From Candidatus Bathyarchaeia archaeon (GTDB lineage Archaea > Thermoproteota > Bathyarchaeia > 40CM-2-53-6), in contig JBEKVV010000002.1 of NCBI GenBank assembly GCA_049513715.1, positions 128,001 through 192,000 on the forward strand: 64,000 nucleotides of DNA, given 5' to 3'. Below are positions 19,520 to 28,422 of this stretch, piece by piece; the first letter of the stretch is position 1, and every line of letters begins with the position of its first letter. The notes below the pieces were generated by a model that saw only the letters and a list, made by a program, of their open reading frames with translations, made no database searches and was not told where the DNA came from. Both the position numbers and the translations under genes were made by a program.

Positions 19520-19714
19520 TTACAGCAGCATTACGGTGTCGGACGGAATTTTCATAACGAATGGCTCCTTGTCTGGATACCTTCGTTTGGCTTCCGCGAA
19601 CACTTCTTTTCCGCTGTCACCAGATGCAACAAGTTCCTTGCCAACGAGCGCAATCCATTTGCCTACATACTCGCGTAGATCGCCCATTGACATTAGGTAG
19701 TTCAAATAGTCCAT
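19520..19714 (-). CDS. DUF5678-like small protein (passenger)
   Basis: YVGKWIAL...VASG...EA...P..EPFV.KIP. Confidence 0.8.
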   Translation of the reverse strand: MDYLNYLMSMGDLREYVGKWIALVGKELVASGDSGKEVFAEAKRRYPDKEPFVMKIPSDTVMLL

Positions 19715-19784
19715 TTTTCTCTACTCCTGAAAAATAACAACTGTACATTTAACCCTGTTGTTCGCCTATCCAATGTTACAGTCG

Positions 19785-19982
19785 TTAATCCTCTTTCCTT
19801 CTAACAGTTTTAGACGGGTCGGCGCTAATCCAGAGAACAATGGCTTCCTCGACAGCTTCCGAGATGTTGCCTTTTTTCATGCCTTTACGCTTGAAAACCT
19901 CTTCTTTGAACCGCTTTTCTCTGTCTGCTGGCAAATACACATCTATTCGAGATTTGCCTTTTGGGACGCTTGGAGACACCAT
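19785..19982 (-). CDS. Ribbon-helix-helix/CopG-like DNA-binding protein
   Basis: RIDVYLP...FK...KGNISEAVEEAI.LW. Confidence 0.8.
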   Translation of the reverse strand: MVSPSVPKGKSRIDVYLPADREKRFKEEVFKRKGMKKGNISEAVEEAIVLWISADPSKTVRRKED

Positions 19983-20009
19983 CTAGCCCTCAGAAAGCAT
20001 ATAGACACA

Positions 20010-20083
20010 TTACCACTTATAACCTTTACCCCCTTACCACCAGCTTTATCTAGGAAAGAGGCGTATAGGTGTTTAAGTGGTAA
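20010..20083. promoter_or_regulatory. Divergent promoter/operator between the RHH gene and the transposase
   Basis: TTACCAC at 20010 and 20034, TTACCCC at 20026; perfect 10-bp IR TTACCACTTA (20010-19)/TAAGTGGTAA (20074-83) overlapping TATA-like boxes. Confidence 0.6.
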
Positions 20084-20090
20084 ACCACCA

Positions 20091-21215
20091 ATGCAAGTCC
20101 TCAGAACTCGTGAAGAAAGGGGCCGAATAATTGCCGAAAAGTCTAACCAAATTGTTCGATTGGATGAACGGTTCTACCGTGTAACTTCTCAGTCTGGCAA
20201 TGGAATGTATGATGTGACCAAGCGCAAGGTCGGTGGATGGTTATGTACTTGCCCCGACTTCGAGTTTCGTAACGTTCAATGTAAGCACGTTTGGGCTGTC
20301 CAATTCAGCCTAGCCGTAAGGAAAGAGGTCGAGGCTAGAGTCATTGAGCCAATAACAGACATACACGCTTGCCTATTCTGCAAATCCGAGAACATAATTC
20401 GCTGGGGCTTACGCCACAACAAGTACGGCGACATTCAGAAATTCTCCTGCAAATCATGTGGCAAATTCTTCACGATCAATCTAGGCTTTGAGAAGATGAA
20501 GCACAGCCCTCAAGCGATAACGACAGCCATGCAACTATACTTCTCAGGCGAAAGTCTACGGAATACGGCTAGATCGCTACGCTTGATTGGAGCGCAAGTG
20601 AGCCATCAGACAATCTACAGGTGGATAGCCAAGTACACGACATTGATGGAGAAATATCTGGACAAGATTACGCCTCAAGTCTCGGACACTTGGGCCACAG
20701 ACGAATTATTTCTGAAGATTAAGGGGAACATGAAGTATCTCTACGCTATGATGGATGAGCAAACACGGTTTTGGATAGCTCAAGAGGTTGCGGATACGAA
20801 ATACACGGCTGACGTTCGACCACTATTCCAACTCGCCAAGCAAATCGCAGGCAAGCAACCAAAGACGCTCGTCTCTGACGGTGCGGCCAATTTCCATGAA
20901 GCATACCTGAAAGAGTTCCGCACAGCCAAACTTGAGAACAGAACCGAACACATACGACACATCAGACTAGCAGGAGATTACAACAATAACAAGATGGAGC
21001 GCATGAACGGGGAAATCAGAGACCGAGAAAAAGTGATGCGGGGCTTAGAAATCAAAGACAGCCCAATACTCAAGGGCGTACAAATCTACCATAACTTTGT
21101 GAAGCCGCACATGGCACTAGACAACAGAACACCCGCTCAAGCAGCGGGAATAGAAGTCAAGGGCAAAGACAAATGGCTAACAATCATACAGAACGCTAGT
21201 CAAGAGAAAACCTAA
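20091..21215 (+). CDS. IS6-family DDE transposase with N-terminal SWIM and Zn-ribbon domains
   Basis: CTCPD...CKH (SWIM); CLFC...CKSCG; HTH TIYRW; WATDELF...YLY..MD; SDG; NNKMER. Confidence 0.92.
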   Translation: MQVLRTREERGRIIAEKSNQIVRLDERFYRVTSQSGNGMYDVTKRKVGGWLCTCPDFEFRNVQCKHVWAVQFSLAVRKEVEARVIEPITDIHACLFCKSENIIRWGLRHNKYGDIQKFSCKSCGKFFTINLGFEKMKHSPQAITTAMQLYFSGESLRNTARSLRLIGAQVSHQTIYRWIAKYTTLMEKYLDKITPQVSDTWATDELFLKIKGNMKYLYAMMDEQTRFWIAQEVADTKYTADVRPLFQLAKQIAGKQPKTLVSDGAANFHEAYLKEFRTAKLENRTEHIRHIRLAGDYNNNKMERMNGEIRDREKVMRGLEIKDSPILKGVQIYHNFVKPHMALDNRTPAQAAGIEVKGKDKWLTIIQNASQEKT

Positions 21216-21246
21216 TCCCAGTTCTCGATAAACTTAGGAAGTCTTG

Positions 21247-21480
21247 TCAAGTCTTGTTCGGCGACTTGAGGAGAGCTATCCAGTCAAGCGCCCTCTTCTT
21301 CACCTCACCAACCGAGGCTTTTTCACCGATTTCGATTAACGCAGGTATAGCAGTTACACCAAATGCGGCGACAGCGTTAACTGCTGATACTCTAGCTTCA
21401 TAATCTGCCCATTTCGCATACGTAGGCATAGATTGTAGAGCTACCCCCTTCAGTCTATCTATCTGCTCCTTCTCTGACAA
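21247..21480 (-). CDS. Small HEAT-repeat-like hypothetical protein (passenger)
   Basis: ARVSAVNAVAAFG..AIPALIE...VKKRAL pattern. Confidence 0.6.
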   Translation of the reverse strand: MSEKEQIDRLKGVALQSMPTYAKWADYEARVSAVNAVAAFGVTAIPALIEIGEKASVGEVKKRALDWIALLKSPNKT

Positions 21481-21679
21481 TGCTGAGCACTTCCTCTATC
21501 CCTTTTCTATATGGATGATTCATGTACCATGCCAGAAAAGCCTTTGCGTCATTTCCATCCATTTTGAGTATGATCTCGAAGAAGCCAAGCTCGTTCCGTA
21601 GATGCCTCGTCACACGCCATCTTAACCACCGATTTACAAACGCTCTACGCCACCGACCAAACGGTTTGTTACAGCCCAA
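21455..21679 (-). CDS. Small hypothetical protein (passenger; start uncertain)
   Basis: Fills the space between the right TIR and the HEAT-like gene, which it overlaps. Confidence 0.4.
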   Translation of the reverse strand: MGCNKPFGRWRRAFVNRWLRWRVTRHLRNELGFFEIILKMDGNDAKAFLAWYMNHPYRKGIEEVLSIVREGADR

Positions 21680-21728
21680 AAAAATCGGTCTACCAAACTA
21701 AGACGTTACGTTACCTTACGTAACAAAA

Positions 21729-21757
21729 TTTATATCTGTCTGTTACTAATGGTAACA
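21729..21757 (+). promoter_or_regulatory. hsp20 promoter: TATA box and palindromic operator
   Basis: TTTATAT 21729-21735; TGTTAC-taatg-GTAACA 21741-21757; SD GAGGTGA 21768-21774. Confidence 0.7.
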
Positions 21758-21777
21758 AAGTGTAAGTGAGGTGAAGC

Positions 21778-22395
21778 ATGAAAATGTCATCAGACGATGA
21801 GTTCTTCCCCGATTGGTTTAGGTCGCGCCGTGGGCGCAGGTCGCCGTTCGGTTGGATGGACCGTTGGTCAAGTGGTTTCGACGAAGTGTTCGAGCGCATG
21901 TTCCAAGACATGGCTAAAGGCATGCCCAAAGACTTCATGAACGAAAAGAAACTTCCAGACGGGTCCACCGTTCGCCAATTCGGCCCCTTCGTGTACGGTT
22001 ACTCTATGACCATGGGCCCAGACGGGAAACCCATAATCCAAGAATTCGGCAACGTCAAACCATCCAAACGGCCAGGCGCATTCGGCATCGAGCAACCCGC
22101 CCTAGAGCCGGCAGAGGCCAGAGAGCCATTGGTCGACGTGATCAATGAGGCCGAACAAGTGCGCGTTCTCACTGAGCTGCCAGGCGTAGAGAAATCCGAC
22201 ATCAAGACCAGCATAGCCGAAGACACGCTAACCATCAAAGTGGACTCAGCGGCCCACAAGTACTACAAGGAAGTCCATCTCCCATCAAGCGTTGACCCCG
22301 ACAGCTCCAAAGCGTCCTACAACAACGGCGTCCTAGAAATCATACTCCGAAAGACGCACCCAAAGCCTCGGGGCAGAGAAATCAAAATCGACTAG
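21778..22395 (+). CDS. hsp20: Archaeal small heat shock protein Hsp20
   Basis: GPFVYGYSMT.GPDGKP...EFGNV, REPLVDV, ELPGV.K.DI, A.YNNGVLEI. Confidence 0.95.
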   Translation: MKMSSDDEFFPDWFRSRRGRRSPFGWMDRWSSGFDEVFERMFQDMAKGMPKDFMNEKKLPDGSTVRQFGPFVYGYSMTMGPDGKPIIQEFGNVKPSKRPGAFGIEQPALEPAEAREPLVDVINEAEQVRVLTELPGVEKSDIKTSIAEDTLTIKVDSAAHKYYKEVHLPSSVDPDSSKASYNNGVLEIILRKTHPKPRGREIKID

Positions 22396-22540
22396 GAGAG
22401 CAGCGCCTCTCCAGCCCCCCTTCTTTTCTTGCGTTTCTATCGTCCCAGCTGCAATTGATGTTACCTCGTTTTGAGAACGAACGTTGAATGTTAGAGAAAA
22501 AAGAGGATTGGAGTGCCTGTTGGCTCTGGCTCTAGTTGTT

Positions 22541-22933
22541 CTACTTCTTGGGTTTTAGAGCGGCGGATCCTACGATTCCAACCAAACCAAGAAGTGCGGT
22601 AACTCCACCGATGGACTCCATTACTAAACCATGCGGTTGCATTATTGGGAACAATGGGCCGCCAGGTGCGAGAAGGGCGAAAACGATGCCCAGTACGACG
22701 CTTAACACTGAGATTCCTACAGTCACTTTGCTAACCTTCTTGTATACCGCAAGACCGCTGAGGCCGAAAAATATCGCGAATGCTCCTCCGATGTAGTGTG
22801 TATTGGCGTGCGCCTCAACAGACATCATGTCGCCCTCCATCACTGGCACATAGAGCGGCCCAGCAGGAGAGAAAAGGTAAATGATGATCCCGGCTAGGAG
22901 CACACCGATTGCCAAATCATTTCTCGATACCAT
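22541..22933 (-). CDS. Four-TM membrane protein with internal duplication
   Basis: SPAGPLY...IGG and APGGPLF...IGG halves; His/Met-rich loops. Confidence 0.75.
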   Translation of the reverse strand: MVSRNDLAIGVLLAGIIIYLFSPAGPLYVPVMEGDMMSVEAHANTHYIGGAFAIFFGLSGLAVYKKVSKVTVGISVLSVVLGIVFALLAPGGPLFPIMQPHGLVMESIGGVTALLGLVGIVGSAALKPKK

Positions 22934-23003
22934 GTGAAATCAGCCCTAACCGTAGCAATTCCGCGGTGTTGAATAATCAAACTCGAGCTCTGCGACCCAA
23001 GAT

Positions 23004-23474
23004 TCAGAGTTTGCTCAGGGCAGCCTTGATTTCCTCGTAGTTCGGCTCTCTACCTGGGTCCTCGGAGGTCCATTTGTAACGTACTACCCCTTGTTCGTCG
23101 AGAATGAATACGGACCGCTTTGCAACAGTGTACCCCTTCAACCCTGCGAAGTCGTTGTGGAAGAGGTTGAATTTCCTAACGGTTTCCCTCGAATAGTCGC
23201 AAAGGAGAGGGAAGGTCAGTTTGTTCATGTCGGCGAAAGCTTTGTTCGTCCATGGATCGTTCACACTAATTCCCACAACCTGGGCGTTTAGAGCTGTGAA
23301 GCCCTTCAACGAATCCCGAAAGCTGCACATTTCGCGCGTGCATACCCCCGTGAAGGCGCCCGGGAAGAACGCCAGCACAGTCTTCTTCCCAAGGAAATCT
23401 TTCAACGAGCGCTGATTCTTATCCTGGTCAGGTAATTGAAAATCAGGCGGCTTCTGCCCTTCACTCACAGACAT
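23004..23474 (-). CDS. Peroxiredoxin (BCP/AhpE-like)
   Basis: FFPGAFTGVCTREMC, AKRSVFILD. Confidence 0.93.
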   Translation of the reverse strand: MSVSEGQKPPDFQLPDQDKNQRSLKDFLGKKTVLAFFPGAFTGVCTREMCSFRDSLKGFTALNAQVVGISVNDPWTNKAFADMNKLTFPLLCDYSRETVRKFNLFHNDFAGLKGYTVAKRSVFILDEQGVVRYKWTSEDPGREPNYEEIKAALSKL

Positions 23475-23545
23475 TTCTGACTCACAGTCATAGCGAAAGT
23501 ATACCTGGAATTAACTGTTACTCGGAATCTGCCAAGATCCATTGG

Positions 23546-23875
23546 TCACTTACTCTGAATTGTTACTTCGAAATTTCTTCCAATCTTAAGTTCGTGCCAG
23601 TCTCTGTCATGGGATACGTCGCGCATGCTTCGAATCCGGATTAGGTCCTTCGTGGATTCACCTTCATCAACCAATCTGAGATCAATGGCTCCGTCGTAGG
23701 CGGCTTCTAGCTGCTTATATGCCCACTCGCTGTGTACCCCTCTTAGTACGCCGTCTATGCTTGTAGATTTGCGCGTGTAGGATGAGGGAATCGCTCTGGT
23801 AAGGGCGAATTCTATCCATGCCCTTTCATCGTTGAATCGGGCTTGGGCTGAAGCATTATCCATGATTCGGAGGTT
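23546..23875 (-). pseudogene. C-terminal remnant of a KaiC/RecA-superfamily protein
   Basis: LRIMDN...GVHS...QLEA..DG.IDL...IRIRSMR; in-frame stops directly upstream; no Walker A. Confidence 0.6.
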
Positions 23876-23958
23876 GCGCTATTCCCATCAGCGCCGGGCT
23901 CTGCACACGATGACAAAGAATTCCGATACGATGTCGGTTGCGACATGAGTCGCCTAAT

Positions 23959-24516
23959 TCATTCTTCTAATTTGGAAGAGAATGACTCTGAGATTGTTGG
24001 GTTTGAACTGGCACGACGAATTAGCTCAATTCTGTCTCCGGCTCCTAGATCACCTTCTTTTACAACAGAAAGGTAGAACCCACAACGGCCGCTTGCCTGA
24101 AATCTCCTAACCATTTCCATTGTTTCGAATTTGACCCCTAGCTTGTAACATGGAAAACGGGGTTGTGTAATCTCCATACTGGCCGTGCCGATACTAAACT
24201 CATCTCCGATACGTACGCTGTTTTCCAGAAGTCCTTGTGTTGTCAAGTTCTCACCAAACATTCCCCAAGGTAAGGCCTCACGACCCAACTCTACTTTCCA
24301 GTAGGCGTAGTGTTCTGAGGGATACGCGTAGACTGCCTTCATGGGTCCCCCATGAACCGTAGGGTCGGCCTGTTCATCACCCTCCACCCCTAGCCTCCGC
24401 ACCTTTACCCGACCGGCGACCGGTTCTTTGAAGATGCCAGTAGTCACGTTCCGGTCTTGCCCGTGAACCTTCCCAGCTTTTCCCACATTAACGGAGACAA
24501 CAAATCCGTCGATCAC
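23959..24516 (-). CDS. MOSC domain protein (YiiM-like)
   Basis: TGIFK, GDEQAD..VHGG..KAV, FGENLT, QPR.PC.K. Confidence 0.93.
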   Translation of the reverse strand: MIDGFVVSVNVGKAGKVHGQDRNVTTGIFKEPVAGRVKVRRLGVEGDEQADPTVHGGPMKAVYAYPSEHYAYWKVELGREALPWGMFGENLTTQGLLENSVRIGDEFSIGTASMEITQPRFPCYKLGVKFETMEMVRRFQASGRCGFYLSVVKEGDLGAGDRIELIRRASSNPTISESFSSKLEE

Positions 24517-24615
24517 GAGTGGTAACCTAACCTCGGCATGTTGCTAGAAGGTTGACTTGTGCCGTTCCATCTGGACAGCTTTGCATTTTCGTGGTTGTGG
24601 CAATTCGCAGCACAG

Positions 24616-25026
24616 TTAGGGAGGCGTTGTTTGACCTGGTGCGGGTAGCCCCTTGAAGGTTGGGTCAATCTTTGCTACCAGACTCCACGGGAGGATCCAA
24701 GGGTTCTGAATCTCTCCGCTGACTTGAATTTTCTTGGCGTTCAATGCGTCAATGAGCTCCCTCAACCCTCCGCAGATGGGATTAACGTAGTCCTTGTGAG
24801 GGCCTGTCGCGATTGCCTCCAGGTTCACGAATCTCACGGACTGCGGGCTAGCCTTCTCTATCTCGTCCAACAGGCTCTTGACGAATTTCTTCTCAACCGC
24901 GTCAAACACCTGACCAGGGAGCATGTGGTGAAGCTGCGCCGTAGGCTGAGTGGCTTCGAAGTTGTACTGCTCGAGCAACTTGTTCACAGCAACGCCGTCG
25001 ATCACGTACTCGTTCGCTTGGGACAC
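24616..25026 (-). CDS. Hypothetical protein
   Basis: Natural-looking globular sequence from GTG 25026; no family recognised. Confidence 0.65.
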   Translation of the reverse strand: MSQANEYVIDGVAVNKLLEQYNFEATQPTAQLHHMLPGQVFDAVEKKFVKSLLDEIEKASPQSVRFVNLEAIATGPHKDYVNPICGGLRELIDALNAKKIQVSGEIQNPWILPWSLVAKIDPTFKGLPAPGQTTPP

Positions 25027-25188
25027 AAAGACACCCGACCGAATTACGGACCCGCCTACACACAAAATCACCGTAATAGACGTTTTCCAGTGGCCAGAGC
25101 GATAAAGTGCGAAAGGAGCTAAACATTGTAATGTCCCAATCCATGAAAGTGGAATACGCATAATTCAGTCTCCTGAGATGTAGAGAGC

Positions 25189-25770
25189 ATGCGCTTCCTC
25201 GTAAGACTCGAAAACAAACAGTATTCCCCCGCCGACAAGAGGCGGCTCACTATGGTCGCATACAACGTAGTCAAAGGCCTCGGGGCTGATATCGGAAACC
25301 TTCGCGTCAGCAAATCCGCTATAGAACTCGATCTCTTGCTGGAATCCGAAGCGAACCTAAAGGATGCGATGGTGTTTCTGGAGAAAAACATAGGCCCAGC
25401 GGTTACTCTGAGAAAATTGGATGTTGAAGGCCCGGAAATTGGTGAACGAGAAGCTGTCAGGCTTGGGCTTGAGTTGTTCAATGGGGAACGGTACTGGGAG
25501 AGCCACGAAGCACTTGAGGTAGCTTGGAGGAAGGCCTCAGGTACCGAAAAGGAAATCCTTCAAGGCATAATTCTCTTAGCCGCGGCACTGGTTCACCTTC
25601 AGAAGGACGAGCCCGACATAGCACTGTCCGTGATGAGGCGCGCCCAAGAAAAATTGGAACGCCATGCAGGGAATTATGGCGGAGTGGACCTCGATACGAT
25701 CAAGTCGCAGGTCAGTGTAATGCTTGCCGCTTCTCAACCGAAGTTCTTCAAGATCGACCTTGGTGCGTGA
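25189..25770 (+). CDS. DUF309 domain protein with N-terminal extension
   Basis: LFNGERYWESHEALE..W, LQGII..AAALVH. Confidence 0.88.
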   Translation: MRFLVRLENKQYSPADKRRLTMVAYNVVKGLGADIGNLRVSKSAIELDLLLESEANLKDAMVFLEKNIGPAVTLRKLDVEGPEIGEREAVRLGLELFNGERYWESHEALEVAWRKASGTEKEILQGIILLAAALVHLQKDEPDIALSVMRRAQEKLERHAGNYGGVDLDTIKSQVSVMLAASQPKFFKIDLGA

Positions 25771-25775
25771 CTGGT

Positions 25776-26315
25776 TTATCGCGCTCGAGTGTAGTCCAGC
25801 GCGCGAAAGAGTCCGCACACAGTTTTAGCATCATGTATCTCGCCAGATCGCACTTTGTCCAATGCGAGAGTGATGGGCAGTACCTCAACCTTGATGTGCT
25901 CGTCTTCCTCAGTTTTCTTCACAGACTGCTGGAGCTTCTTCGCGAGGTAGAAGTGAATCTTCTCGCTGCTATAGCCCGGCGCAACATAACACTCTAGGAT
26001 CTTGCTTAGTTCGTTGCACTTGTAACCCGTTTCCTCCTCTAGTTCACGTCTAGCGCAGATTTCAGGTTCCTCACCGATCTCTAATGTTCCAGCGGGGATC
26101 TCCAGCAAATCCGAGCCTATTGCATACCGGTACTGCCGGACAAGAACGACCTTGTCATCATTCAGGATCGGGACGATTGCAGCTGCGCCGCGATGTTCGA
26201 CTACTTCACGTACAGTTGCCCGACCATTCTCCAATGAAACCTGGTCAACTCGCAGGTTCAGAATTCGCCCCTCGTAGAGCCTAGAAGAGGATGTGCGCTT
26301 CTCCAATTTGACCAA
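25776..26315 (-). CDS. NUDIX hydrolase (ADP-ribose pyrophosphatase-like)
   Basis: EIPAG...E...ARRELEEETG Nudix box, VRQYR, I.DAKT; start TTG 26315. Confidence 0.92.
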   Translation of the reverse strand: MVKLEKRTSSSRLYEGRILNLRVDQVSLENGRATVREVVEHRGAAAIVPILNDDKVVLVRQYRYAIGSDLLEIPAGTLEIGEEPEICARRELEEETGYKCNELSKILECYVAPGYSSEKIHFYLAKKLQQSVKKTEEDEHIKVEVLPITLALDKVRSGEIHDAKTVCGLFRALDYTRAR

Positions 26316-26610
26316 CTGACTTTGAGGCTGTGCCCGCCATAAGAGACGTTCGGCGGTTTCAAGTTCCAGTCTTGAAGAGAGCGGCGAATCGCAGTTGCGA
26401 CACTGGTGCACCCAAACCCGCCTTGTCATCGGATTCACGGAGAAGGTAACTCACCAAAGCTTGAGTCGCTAGGGTTCCAGAGTGTGTATGATTCTGACGG
26501 TATCGTCATACGTTTTCCAGCCAGCTCGAATAAATCAGAGGCGAATTGCGGTTTGGTACTGTTTTTATGGACAACGCCTTACTGGTAGCAACAATAGGAT
26601 TCGTTAACAA

Positions 26611-28419
26611 TTGACACAGAAACTCATTCCGGATACATCAATAATTATTGATGGAAAGGTTCCGAACATTATTGCCAAAGAAGAGTCCACAGACATAGAG
26701 ATCATAATCCCTCGAGCAGTCCTCGACGAACTTCAGGCCCAGGCTTCAAAGGGCCGCGAGCCAGGTTTCGTTGGTTTGGAGGAAATCAAGAAGCTCCGAG
26801 TGTTCTGCGAGAGCAAAGGGATCAAACTCACGTTTCTGGGAGAACGGCCAGGCTTTGACGACATCAGGCTCGCACGAAGTGGACGCCTAGACGCACTCAT
26901 CACCGACGTCGCCAGAACAGAGAACGGAATTCTACTCACCGCAGACTACGTGCAGGCTCTGGTAGCGGAAGCTTCCGGCGTGCAAGTGAAGCATGTCCCC
27001 GGTATAGTCAGGACTACAGACCTAACGTTTGAGAAACTCTTCACACCCGATACCTCTAGCATTCATGTAAAGGAAGGAACGAAACCGCTAGCTAAGCGGG
27101 GTAAGCCCGGTAAGTTTGAGCTAGTAACGATCTCAGAATCGCTCAGCACAACCAGCGAGATTGAGCAGATAATTCGTGAGATCACCGAAGCCGCTAGGGC
27201 CAGCCGGGAGGGCTTTGTGGAAATCAACAGGCCGGGGGCCATGGTAATTCAACTTGGCCGCTTCCGCATCGCCATCACAAGGCCCCCACTTTCAGACGGG
27301 TTAGAGGTAACCATCGTTCGGCCGGTGGTGAGCTTGACCCTTCAAGACTACAAGCTCTCAGAAAAACTGATGGAGCGGCTTGGAACTCGCGCGGAGGGCA
27401 TCCTGATTTCAGGACCCCCAGGGTCTGGTAAAACAACTTTCGCGTCTTCATTGGCAGAATTCTATTGGAAGCAAAACAAGATCGTCAAGACACTTGAGTC
27501 ACCGCGAGATTTGCAGGTCGGCCCTGAGATTACTCAATATGGTCCGTTAGAGGGCGATTTCGAAAAGACAGCTGAGATTCTCTTGCTCGTCAGGCCTGAC
27601 TACACGGTCTTTGATGAAATCAGGAAAAGTAAGGACTTCATGATTTTCGCAGACATGCGCTTGGCTGGCGTGGGCATGATTGGTGTTATTCACGCGAGTG
27701 AAGCGATCGATGCAATTCAGCGCTTTATCGGGCGAGTTGAGTTAGGTATGATCCCGCACATAATCGACACAATCATTTTCATTCAATACGGCGAAGTGCG
27801 AAACATATACACGCTAAACCTAACCGTAAAGTGTCCCACAGGCATGACCGAGGCCGACCTCGCTAGACCTGTAGTTGAGGTTCAAGACTTCGAAACAGGA
27901 GCTCTGCAGTTCGAAATTTACACTTTCGGAGAAGAGAACGTAATCATCCCAGTTTCGGACGCGAAGCCAGCAACAAGTGGCGCGCGGAAGCTTGCTGAAG
28001 AACGGATTCTGCAGGAAATCAGAAAGTTCGACCCTGACGCGGAAGTCAAAATGGTCTCAGACAACAGAGTCCAAGTACGCGTGGATAACGAAATCGTGCC
28101 AATCATCATCGGAAAGAAGGGCGTAACCGTCACCAAACTCGAGGAGAAGCTTGGCGTTAAGATCGACGTTGAACCTCTCGCAGCGAACGTGTCAGGAAAA
28201 GAGGTACGCTATGAGATCAAGGAAGTGGGTAACCGTATTGATCTGGTCTTCGGCGAAGAACTCACAGGTGAGGTGGCCAATGTCTACGTCGGGGACGAAT
28301 ACCTTTTCTCCGCAACCATCGGCAAGAGAAGCCAGATTCACGTTTCAAAGAAATCTGATTTGGGACGCAGCCTTCTAAGAGGTCTGGTTTCCAAGCAACG
28401 AATCAGGGTCATGATTTGA
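26611..28419 (+). CDS. PINc/VapC-family ATPase with KH domain (PINA-like)
   Basis: PIN domain PDTS; GPPGSGKTT; ESPRDLQ; RPDYT.FDE; RLAGVG; KH IIGKKG. Confidence 0.93.
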   Translation: MTQKLIPDTSIIIDGKVPNIIAKEESTDIEIIIPRAVLDELQAQASKGREPGFVGLEEIKKLRVFCESKGIKLTFLGERPGFDDIRLARSGRLDALITDVARTENGILLTADYVQALVAEASGVQVKHVPGIVRTTDLTFEKLFTPDTSSIHVKEGTKPLAKRGKPGKFELVTISESLSTTSEIEQIIREITEAARASREGFVEINRPGAMVIQLGRFRIAITRPPLSDGLEVTIVRPVVSLTLQDYKLSEKLMERLGTRAEGILISGPPGSGKTTFASSLAEFYWKQNKIVKTLESPRDLQVGPEITQYGPLEGDFEKTAEILLLVRPDYTVFDEIRKSKDFMIFADMRLAGVGMIGVIHASEAIDAIQRFIGRVELGMIPHIIDTIIFIQYGEVRNIYTLNLTVKCPTGMTEADLARPVVEVQDFETGALQFEIYTFGEENVIIPVSDAKPATSGARKLAEERILQEIRKFDPDAEVKMVSDNRVQVRVDNEIVPIIIGKKGVTVTKLEEKLGVKIDVEPLAANVSGKEVRYEIKEVGNRIDLVFGEELTGEVANVYVGDEYLFSATIGKRSQIHVSKKSDLGRSLLRGLVSKQRIRVMI

Positions 28420-28422
28420 AAG

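Larger units (their letters stand above)
18968..21715 (+). mobile_element. Intact IS6-family passenger-carrying element B, 2748 bp
   Basis: TIRs GGTAACGTCACTTCTGCGTTTGGT (18968-18991) and revcomp GGTAACGTAACGTCTTAGTTTGGT (21692-21715), 20/24 identical; flanked by TTACGTAA at 18960-18967 and 21716-21723. Confidence 0.88.

Noticed and set aside
19758..20090. 111-aa N-terminal extension of the transposase in the ORF track
   Set aside because: It is antisense to the RHH gene and spans the divergent promoter; ATG 20091 is preferred.
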